A DNA stretch of 13,047 nucleotides from a virus (lineage: Duplodnaviria > Heunggongvirae > Uroviricota > Caudoviricetes), in IMG/VR virus record IMGVR_UViG_3300037119_002976, positions 64,001 through 77,047 of that record. One strand, given 5' to 3'. Every line of letters starts with the position of its first letter. The stretch's first letter is position 1. The notes beneath the pieces were generated by a model. The model worked only from the letters and a program-made list of their open reading frames with translations. It had not been told where the DNA came from and made no database searches. Positions 6,063 through 12,609 of this stretch are shown here, in pieces. Made by a program: the position numbers and the translations under genes.

Positions 6063-6144
6063 TCCCTCACGGAGCGGGGTTTGATCCAGGGACTGGTTCG
6101 CCTGAGCCCGGGTACACGTTCCCTGGCCCCGCTCCGTCAGGGAC
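6062..6144. terminator. long imperfect hairpin at the convergence of plus- and minus-strand genes
   Basis: 24 Watson-Crick pairs (6+11+7), one C-C mismatch, one 6-nt bulge; no U-tract. Confidence 0.45.
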
Positions 6145-6372
6145 CGTTCCATCCTCGAGCATGTCCCGATGGATGGTGACCGTCACTGGCGTGTCTGAGA
6201 TGTAGGGCACCGCTCCGAGCTCGCCGGCGAGGAGCAACACGATCGACGCCTCGTTCTCCGGAAGCCGAAAAATTTCAGAGCGATCTTCTTCCGGCCATTC
6301 CCGGAGCGCCTCCATCCCCCGGCGCGATTCGGCCGGGGTGATGGGGCGCTTGTCCTCGACGTGGTACTTCAC
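6067..6372 (-). CDS. hypothetical protein with Gly/Pro-rich tail
   Basis: 101 aa; GTGA overlap with the upstream gene. Confidence 0.65.
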   Translation of the reverse strand: MKYHVEDKRPITPAESRRGMEALREWPEEDRSEIFRLPENEASIVLLLAGELGAVPYISDTPVTVTIHRDMLEDGTVPDGAGPGNVYPGSGEPVPGSNPAP

Positions 6373-6575
6373 TGGTTTGCTTCCCCGCTAAGAGGCTTCT
6401 CGTGCAGCCACTCCGTCTCGACGGCGCGGACTAGGAGCGTGCAGGCTTCGTCATCCGTCCCTCGATGCGTGACTTCGAGATAGACCAGCCCACCATCGAC
6501 CCGGACGTCCTCGATGCAGGAGCCGATGAGTTCACGGTGACGTTCGCTTTGCAGGTACGAGACTTCGCTACTCAT
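6369..6575 (-). CDS. hypothetical protein
   Basis: Start refined to ATG 6575 (MSSEVSYLQSE...); 68 aa; overlaps the upstream stop by 8 nt. Confidence 0.68.
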   Translation of the reverse strand: MSSEVSYLQSERHRELIGSCIEDVRVDGGLVYLEVTHRGTDDEACTLLVRAVETEWLHEKPLSGEANQ

Positions 6576-6753
6576 CGCTGTCCGCCGCTCCGCACTTGCG
6601 GCAGTTGAAGCCGAGCGCGTAGTCGAAGCCGACATGAGACCAGTGAGCGCCGCAGTTGTGGCACTTGTCAGGCCAGCCCTTCGGCTTCTCGCCACCGACC
6701 TTCCGCATGACCAGAGCGTCCGGTTCACTACGCAGGTACGAGGCTTCGCTCAT
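6568..6753 (-). CDS. small zinc-ribbon protein (CHNC...CRKC)
   Basis: Start refined to ATG 6753 (ATGA overlap); 61 aa with two CxxC motifs. Confidence 0.72.
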   Translation of the reverse strand: MSEASYLRSEPDALVMRKVGGEKPKGWPDKCHNCGAHWSHVGFDYALGFNCRKCGAADSDE

Positions 6754-7142
6754 CGCAGGAGCTTCCGCAGCGCGTCTGCTTGCTTCTCCGCGCAGTCGAT
6801 GCAGATGCCGATCCCCTCTCGAGGTGCGGCGGCGTACGTGATCAGGAGCTGCGTCTCCGAGTCGACGACGCGGTAGACGTCTTCCTCGTCGAAGTAGCGA
6901 TCGCAGCGCGGACAGGCCATGCGAGCTGTGTGCTCCTCGCTGCATTCGTCGCACACGTACGTGCGGACGACGCCGTCGTACATGGGCCACAGGCCAGACG
7001 AGAACGGACAGTCCTCGGCGTGCCGCCGCTTGCTCTCCGGAACCCGGCAATTGGCCCCGCAGTACAGGCAGTCCTCCTCGTCCGGCGTGAAGACCACCGA
7101 GTCGTAGATGACCGCTTTGTCCAGAACGTCGTCGTGGGTCAT
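6750..7142 (-). CDS. multi-CxxC Cys-rich protein
   Basis: 130 aa; CLYC, HAEDC, CDEC, CPRC, CIDC. Confidence 0.78.
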   Translation of the reverse strand: MTHDDVLDKAVIYDSVVFTPDEEDCLYCGANCRVPESKRRHAEDCPFSSGLWPMYDGVVRTYVCDECSEEHTARMACPRCDRYFDEEDVYRVVDSETQLLITYAAAPREGIGICIDCAEKQADALRKLLR

Positions 7143-7153
7143 GGGTTCGTACT

Positions 7154-7723
7154 CTAGAACGGAATGTCAGAATCGTGCTGTGAGAGCTCTGGCTCCGGCA
7201 CCTTCGCCAGATCGCCAACGATGTCCTCGTAGACCTTCCGCTGGAAGGGCTTCAGCTTCTCGAAGAGCAGGATGGGATCGTCGTCGGCTTTGATCGTGTT
7301 CTCGAACGCACCGAGGGTCTGTCCCCAGGCACGGGAGCGGTAGTCGCGGCGCTCGCGCTCGTCGAAGCGCTCGATCTCCTCGGGCGTGTACTGGTTGCTG
7401 CCCCCGCCGCCTCCTGCGCTCCTGGTGGTCGACCCACTGTCGGAGCCTGGTGTGCCGCCGAGCTCCACGGCCTCGAGGTAGCGGTTCGTGTACGGCTTGT
7501 TGTTGCGCGGGTTGATCTTGTCGGACACGACCTCGTTGATCGTCCACGTTGCGACGCCGGCTCCCACGGCCTTTGCCGCGGCGATGACGTCCACGTCTCT
7601 CGTGTCAATACGGAGCGGGTAGTTGTTGCCCGGCACCTCGACGAGGAACCGCACCCACTCGCTTCCGGGCTTCTGCTCTACGGCCTGGCACGTTCCGACG
7701 ACTGTTCTCTGTTCTCCGCTCAT
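7154..7723 (-). CDS. single-stranded DNA-binding protein-like
   Basis: Start refined to ATG 7723 (ATGA overlap); 189 aa; beta-rich N-terminus, Gly-rich linker, acidic tail ending DSDIPF like the bacterial SSB C-terminal tip. Confidence 0.65.
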   Translation of the reverse strand: MSGEQRTVVGTCQAVEQKPGSEWVRFLVEVPGNNYPLRIDTRDVDVIAAAKAVGAGVATWTINEVVSDKINPRNNKPYTNRYLEAVELGGTPGSDSGSTTRSAGGGGGSNQYTPEEIERFDERERRDYRSRAWGQTLGAFENTIKADDDPILLFEKLKPFQRKVYEDIVGDLAKVPEPELSQHDSDIPF

Positions 7724-7956
7724 GGCGTCTCCTCTGTCTCTTCGTTCCATTCCCTGATTTCCACGCGGTAGCCCGGTGGCAGCAGGTCTGTGAGATTCTC
7801 TTGCGCCTCTGCAAGCGCGGCCGCGAACCCACCGACCCAGAAGCCTGTGAACTTCCAGGCGTCTCGGTCGTTGGTCGGGCCGATCAGGCACAGGTTGTAG
7901 GTAGCGAGGATCTCCTCGCTCACGTCTGTGACCACGGTCTTACTCGTCGTCATCAT
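7720..7956 (-). CDS. hypothetical protein
   Basis: 78 aa acidic protein; its stop overlaps the SSB-like ATG. Confidence 0.68.
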   Translation of the reverse strand: MMTTSKTVVTDVSEEILATYNLCLIGPTNDRDAWKFTGFWVGGFAAALAEAQENLTDLLPPGYRVEIREWNEETEETP

Positions 7957-8257
7957 CCTCCACTTCCTCGGGGAGTCCGAACTGGTCGATGTGCTCGCGC
8001 ACCGCCTTGCTCATCTCTTCAAGATGAACGCCTGCACGGACGGCTGTCATCCGTTCGGCGTCCATCTTCAAGCCTGCTGCCTCGGCCATGCCGACAGCGA
8101 TCGGGCAGGGCCGGAAGCCGTGGGGAGGTATCCGCCAGGAGAACTCCGCGCAGATCGGACACACGAGCCACTCCTGCGGAAGCTCCATCAGGTCGGCCAT
8201 GCCTTCGAGCTGCAGCCAGGGTTCCAGCCACTCGAGATTCGCGGGCTCGCTGAGCAA
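7940..8257 (-). CDS. hypothetical protein (CPIC...H...C), acidic tail; start uncertain
   Basis: Third-position GC looks coding from TTG 8257; ATG 8200 is an alternative; TTG 8296 lies inside the terminator U-tract and is unlikely. Confidence 0.62.
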   Translation of the reverse strand: MLSEPANLEWLEPWLQLEGMADLMELPQEWLVCPICAEFSWRIPPHGFRPCPIAVGMAEAAGLKMDAERMTAVRAGVHLEEMSKAVREHIDQFGLPEEVEDDDDE

Positions 8258-8294
8258 GTTGGGTAAAGATACCCCAGGCGGCGGATGGAGGACC

Positions 8295-8320
8295 AAGAGA
8301 AAGGCCGCCTTTCGGCGGCC
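8295..8320 (-). terminator. Rho-independent terminator
   Basis: Minus strand GGCCGCC-GAAA-GGCGGCC followed by TTTCTCTT, downstream of the methyltransferase pair. Confidence 0.82.
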
Positions 8321-8356
8321 CTCTCTGCTGATGAATGAACCGGCTGTCTAGCGGCG

Positions 8357-8386
8357 AGTGTAGATGTCTCTTCTCAATATTGAGAA
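8357..8386 (-). promoter_or_regulatory. putative sigma70-type promoter TTCTCA-18-TACACT
   Basis: -35-like TTCTCA (8386-8381, 4/6 to TTGACA), 18-nt spacer, TACACT (8362-8357); the -35 lies inside the palindrome. Confidence 0.4.
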
Positions 8387-8387
8387 G
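8370..8387. promoter_or_regulatory. 18-bp perfect palindrome CTTCTCA-ATAT-TGAGAAG, candidate operator, copy 2
   Basis: AT-rich perfect palindrome on the stop codon of the small C5 MTase; arms identical to 538-555. Confidence 0.6.
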
Positions 8388-9108
8388 TCACGAGCGCCAG
8401 GAGCTGGGCTCCGATGCACTCGGTGTACGCCGGCGGTATCGCCTCAACCATCTCCTCCGGCGTCATCCAGTCGATGTCCATTGCGGCGGGCCACTCGTGA
8501 GCTTCCTTCGGCGTGCCGTAAATTTGCACGACCGTTGAGCGGCGGTGCTCCCCACCGTACTTGCGCGTTCCGTCGGGCTGACGCACGGAGCGATCGCCGT
8601 TCCAGTACTTGCGCTCCGTCTGCCATGAGTGATCGCATGGAGGAACCAACAGCGGGACGCTTGACTCGAAGAGCCGATGCCTGCGAAGAGGCAACCCGAA
8701 CGAGCTTCCGCACAACCTCACTGGATTCTCGAGCGGTGCGCCCACGACGTTCTCGATCACATAGGGCAGACCACTCTTCGAGAGTAGCTCGCGTGTATCT
8801 GAGATCAGGTCGACGTGGTCGTACGCGCGGCCCACGGACTTGTTCATCGCTGCCAGGCCCTTGACGTGTCGCTGGCAAGGAGGGCTCGCGTGGATCGCAT
8901 CGAACCAGTCCACGTCAAGGTACTGGGGTGACCCCTCGAAGGGGCCCACCCAGCCATTGCGGAGAACCTCCAGAGCATCCTGCTGGTGAAACTCGAACGG
9001 GTAGTTGGGTTGGGGCGCGAGGTCCACCCCAACCACCTCGAACCCGGCGCGGGAGTAGCCCATGCCCGCTCCTCCCGCGCCGGAGAACAGATCGAGTAGC
9101 CGTGGCAT
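8374..9108 (-). CDS. small C5 DNA cytosine methyltransferase (actinophage type)
   Basis: Start refined to ATG 9108 (TGATG overlap); 244 aa; DLFSGAGG (motif I), ASPPCQ (catalytic), IENV, RRHRLFE, EAIPPAYT. Confidence 0.9.
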   Translation of the reverse strand: MPRLLDLFSGAGGAGMGYSRAGFEVVGVDLAPQPNYPFEFHQQDALEVLRNGWVGPFEGSPQYLDVDWFDAIHASPPCQRHVKGLAAMNKSVGRAYDHVDLISDTRELLSKSGLPYVIENVVGAPLENPVRLCGSSFGLPLRRHRLFESSVPLLVPPCDHSWQTERKYWNGDRSVRQPDGTRKYGGEHRRSTVVQIYGTPKEAHEWPAAMDIDWMTPEEMVEAIPPAYTECIGAQLLALVTSQY

Positions 9109-10871
9109 CAGGCCGCCAGCAGCGACTCGACGACGGCCTGGCCGAGCATCGTTGCGACCGGGCTCGAGACCGCGTTCCCGATCATCTTCACGCGCAGCTC
9201 GTTCGACAACTCCACGAACTGGCCGCGCTTGTTCTTGCGCTTCGCCTTCAGCTGGTACGGCGAACCGTCCGGCTTGACGTGCATCTGCTGGGCGGCCAGC
9301 AGCTCCGGCCACTGCAGCATCCGGAAGAGGCAGTCGTCGATCTCTTCCTCGGAGATGACCAGCGCCTCGCGGTCCTTGCTCGTGATCGCCCCCATCGGGA
9401 CGTCGGTCGTCTTCCCTTTCCCGTTGCCGTAGTAGGGGACGAGGAGCGACTGCTTGTCTCGTCCGGTGATCGTCCCGGCTGCGTCTTCCAGCGACCGGAC
9501 GAATCCCGGCTCGCCGTTGTAGACCAGGACACCGTGGTGGTAGCCACCCGCCGTGACCGTGTGCGCGGGGAGCTCGACCGGCGCCATGTCTCCGTGATTG
9601 CGGAAGCTGACCAGCGCCATCTCCCCGTGACCTGCCACCGTGGGCATCGGCTCCTCGAGTTGCTGAGCCCTGCGATCGCCGCCGCGGTTCACCCGCACCA
9701 GCATCTGGGTCTCCTTGCCGTTCTCGTTGCCGTTCCCGTTGGGGGGAGCGAGCAGCGAGAGCTGGCGGTCATGGGCTGTGATCGTGCCCATCGGCTGGCG
9801 CGTATCCACCGGGGCCGCGGACTGCCCCCCGCTACGAAGGATGACGCTCGTGCGTTCCTCCAGCTTCGGGACAACGACTCCCATGTACTGCGAGCCGGTG
9901 ACAGTTCTGAGCGGGTCTTCGACCGACCACACGCGGGCGTACCCCGGCCTCTCGAACAGATGCCCGCCCACCTGAACGGTGACGGGGTTGCTGGTCGAGA
10001 GCCGCTTCAGCCCGGTGCGGATCCGCTCGCGGGTCTTCGCCGCCAGCGGCCGAGTTCGCGATCCGATCGTTGCCATCGGCTGCGACCAGTCGATGATCGA
10101 CTTGGCCCCAACCACCGCTGGGGCGACGTTCTGCGAGCAGTGCGGGCAGATGTAGAGGTACTGCTGCCCGTAGCGACCCCACATGAACTTGCCCGGCTCC
10201 GTGCGGAGCGAGCCTGGGGACGCCTTCTTCCACCACTGCAGCCCTCGCACCGTCGTGTCGCAATGCGAGCACCACGAGAGCGGCGCGAAGTCAAGGGCCG
10301 GGCGCTGCAGGCCCTTCCTCCAGAACACGCAGTACATCCGGTCGCGTGACTGAGGAGTCGGCAACGCGAACTGTGAGTTGAAGAAGACGATCTGGCCTTC
10401 GTAGCCGAGGCTCTCGATCTCCTCGAACCAGGCGTCGAAGGGTTCCCACAGTCGCGCCTCGATCACGTTCTCGACGATGACCGCGTCGTAGCGGTGGTGC
10501 CTGGTGAAGCGCACCACGTCGTTCATCGTCATCCGGGAACGCTCAGCTGACTCGTCCTCGGACTTCTTGCCCCGGCAGTACGCATGGTGCACGCACTCGG
10601 GGCTCGCCCACAGGAGGGGCGTTCGTCGGAACCGGCTCGCCGGAACGATCTCGACGTCGTGCAGATCGTGGTCGGCGTCCGGGAAGTTCTCGTTGTGTGC
10701 TTGCACGGCCAGGTCCCAGTGGTTCAGGGCCTGGGTGACCTTGATCAGCTGCCGCCCACAGAGCGGGCAACAGACGAACTCAAGGCCGAGGCTTGACCCT
10801 CCGGCACCGCAGAAGAGGTCTGTCGCCTCCAGGGTGCCGACGCCCGTGCAGTACGGGCAGGTCGTGTTCAC
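9108..10871 (-). CDS. large C5 DNA cytosine methyltransferase with zinc fingers and repeated variable region
   Basis: 587 aa; DLFCGAGG, WASPEC, VENV, QSRDR, IGNAV motifs; SD AAAGGAG before the GTG. Confidence 0.93.
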   Translation of the reverse strand: MNTTCPYCTGVGTLEATDLFCGAGGSSLGLEFVCCPLCGRQLIKVTQALNHWDLAVQAHNENFPDADHDLHDVEIVPASRFRRTPLLWASPECVHHAYCRGKKSEDESAERSRMTMNDVVRFTRHHRYDAVIVENVIEARLWEPFDAWFEEIESLGYEGQIVFFNSQFALPTPQSRDRMYCVFWRKGLQRPALDFAPLSWCSHCDTTVRGLQWWKKASPGSLRTEPGKFMWGRYGQQYLYICPHCSQNVAPAVVGAKSIIDWSQPMATIGSRTRPLAAKTRERIRTGLKRLSTSNPVTVQVGGHLFERPGYARVWSVEDPLRTVTGSQYMGVVVPKLEERTSVILRSGGQSAAPVDTRQPMGTITAHDRQLSLLAPPNGNGNENGKETQMLVRVNRGGDRRAQQLEEPMPTVAGHGEMALVSFRNHGDMAPVELPAHTVTAGGYHHGVLVYNGEPGFVRSLEDAAGTITGRDKQSLLVPYYGNGKGKTTDVPMGAITSKDREALVISEEEIDDCLFRMLQWPELLAAQQMHVKPDGSPYQLKAKRKNKRGQFVELSNELRVKMIGNAVSSPVATMLGQAVVESLLAA

Positions 10872-10916
10872 AGGTGGTTCTCCTTTCTCGTAATCATGAG
10901 CTCGGTGTCGGCCGGC

Positions 10917-11339
10917 TTATGGGGTGAATACCGCCTTGAGCAGCTCGGCGATCGCCAGCTGCGAGGCCGGTGTGGAATCGAACTTCTGGGCGATCCACTC
11001 CCAGTCCTCGTCGTCGGAGCAGAAGACGACTTCGTTCTTCTGGGCGTACGCGATCATGAAGACCTTGCGATCACGGACGCCGTAGTAGGACTGTTCGACG
11101 TCGTCGTACGCGCCATCATTGCTGCGGTGTCCTCCGCCGGGAGCGCCGACGACATGCCACACCGGCGCGATCGTGATCGAGTACCAGGTGGCATCACCCG
11201 GCATGTAGCAGAGCTCCACCGCTCGCCCCAGCTCTCGCAGGCAGGACTGCGCCTGGTCGGCCAGCTCGGCGATGTGCTCTCTGTCCAGCCGCCCGAGAAC
11301 GTACTCCCGGGAGGCCGGCTCGTGACTGAGCAGACTCAT
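10917..11339 (-). CDS. hypothetical protein
   Basis: Start refined to ATG 11339 (MSLLSHE..., ATGA overlap, SD AAGGAAG); 140 aa. Confidence 0.72.
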   Translation of the reverse strand: MSLLSHEPASREYVLGRLDREHIAELADQAQSCLRELGRAVELCYMPGDATWYSITIAPVWHVVGAPGGGHRSNDGAYDDVEQSYYGVRDRKVFMIAYAQKNEVVFCSDDEDWEWIAQKFDSTPASQLAIAELLKAVFTP

Positions 11340-11932
11340 AGATCTACTTCCTTTCTCCGCCGTTTTGCCACTCGGCGGCCTCGGATCGTGAGGCGGTGCG
11401 CCTCCTTGCAGGCCTGGCACCGACACTCGTAGTTGATGTAGCCCGAGTAGGTGCCGTGGTGCGGGGGTTCCTTTCCCTTGAGCTCCCTTCCTCTGTCGCG
11501 ATTTGCCCGCCGACACTCGTCGCAGCGGCACTGGTACCTCCGGCTGCGGTAGCGGGCTACGGTTCCATGCGGAGGCTCCTCGTATCCGACGACGACTCTC
11601 AGGTCGAGCTCGTACAGGGCCGACCGCAGGGAGCGGGCGTTCTTGTATCCGAGCTTCGAGGCCTCCTCGTTGAGGGTGGACTTCCCGGCGATGATCCTGC
11701 TGTACGCATCACGGAGAAGTTGGACACGTTCGATTGCCGCCTGGCGGCGGTACTGCTGGAGGCCGAGCGGCCCCAGGAGCTGGCCGACTCGCTGCCGAGT
11801 GAGGCCGAACTGCTCCCCGATTTGGGAGTAGCTCTGCCCCTGCTCCACATAGAGCCGGGCCATCTCCAGGGTTCGTTCGGGCACCCGCCGCTGGTAGTCC
11901 TCCAGCCAGGTTTCGGCGAGTGCGAGCGTCAT
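11336..11932 (-). CDS. transcription-regulator-like protein: sigma70-region-4-like HTH, second HTH-like segment, two HGT..CRCxxC zinc motifs
   Basis: 198 aa; SYSQIGEQFGLTRQRVGQLL; STLNEEASKLGY; HGTVARYRSRRYQCRCDEC and HGTYSGYINYECRCQAC. Confidence 0.8.
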   Translation of the reverse strand: MTLALAETWLEDYQRRVPERTLEMARLYVEQGQSYSQIGEQFGLTRQRVGQLLGPLGLQQYRRQAAIERVQLLRDAYSRIIAGKSTLNEEASKLGYKNARSLRSALYELDLRVVVGYEEPPHGTVARYRSRRYQCRCDECRRANRDRGRELKGKEPPHHGTYSGYINYECRCQACKEAHRLTIRGRRVAKRRRKEVDL

Positions 11933-12177
11933 AGCTTCAGCTCCTCCAGGTCTGCCCTGATCTTGAAGAGGGCGTCATGCACGGCCTTGAGTCGAAACCC
12001 CAGGTCGAGCTCCATCGGCAGCGTGCGAGAGTTCTCGTTCGCCGCGCGAAGGGCCCGCTCCGTGGCGTCGTAGGCCCCCAAGACGTCCTCCAGGATCAGG
12101 TCCCTGGTCATCTTCTTCAGGACGGAGGACAGCTCTCTGACCGCCTCCGCCGACTTCATCACTTCCTCGTTAGCCAT
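11929..12177 (-). CDS. helical hypothetical protein
   Basis: Start refined to ATG 12177 (MANEEV...); 82 aa; ATGA overlap downstream. Confidence 0.72.
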   Translation of the reverse strand: MANEEVMKSAEAVRELSSVLKKMTRDLILEDVLGAYDATERALRAANENSRTLPMELDLGFRLKAVHDALFKIRADLEELKL

Positions 12178-12427
12178 GAGCTGGCCCCCTCCACATCCGG
12201 ATGCGATCGCCCTTCTTGATGTTGGGCTCGTCGTCCGGAAGCGTGTAGTCGAGGGTGAACGTGTGCTCGATCTCGTCCCGCTCGGCGTAGATTCCATACC
12301 CGCTGCCATGCGCCATCGGGGGACCTCCGTCCTCCTCGATGAGGTGCGACATGGCGAGGGTCAGGAACATCGTCCAGCGGTGCTCGACCTGCTCCTCGCC
12401 GCGTAGGTGTTCGACGACGAGAGGCAT
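12170..12427 (-). CDS. hypothetical protein
   Basis: Start refined to ATG 12427 (TGATG overlap); 85 aa. Confidence 0.62.
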   Translation of the reverse strand: MPLVVEHLRGEEQVEHRWTMFLTLAMSHLIEEDGGPPMAHGSGYGIYAERDEIEHTFTLDYTLPDDEPNIKKGDRIRMWRGPAHG

Positions 12428-12609
12428 CAGAGCTGCTGCCTGTACTTCACGTTCCACGCCTTCTCGGCGAGTTTGGTGATCCGACGGATGAGCCGCTCGA
12501 GGGCGGGGTCATCCATGTCGCCCTCGGCGAGGTTGTTGAGGCGATCGCTGGCTGCGTTACGCAGGGAAGCGACCTCCTCTTCGTTCAGTTGAACGATGAT
12601 CGTCTTCAT
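12427..12609 (-). CDS. small hypothetical protein
   Basis: 60 aa; SD GGAGGAGG; ATGA overlap upstream. Confidence 0.72.
   Translation of the reverse strand: MKTIIVQLNEEEVASLRNAASDRLNNLAEGDMDDPALERLIRRITKLAEKAWNVKYRQQL

Noticed and set aside
5340-6150. Idea that the plus-strand cassette is an invertible segment
   Set aside because: No matching inverted repeats found on the two flanks (short GGGCTC and CGAACC matches are in the wrong order) and no recombinase in the window.
8928-10349. 473-aa plus-strand ORF and other long plus-strand ORFs (81-551, 1142-1717, 3724-4575, 11396-12073)
   Set aside because: Antisense shadows of well-supported minus-strand genes in high-GC DNA; no motifs and Arg/Ala-rich composition.
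10887-10905. Resemblance to the pUC lacZ-alpha start (ATGATTACG, GAGCTCGG) and a 9-codon mini-ORF ending on the MTase GTG
   Set aside because: Short matches in a different order from the vector, embedded in continuous phage context; the mini-ORF has no SD.
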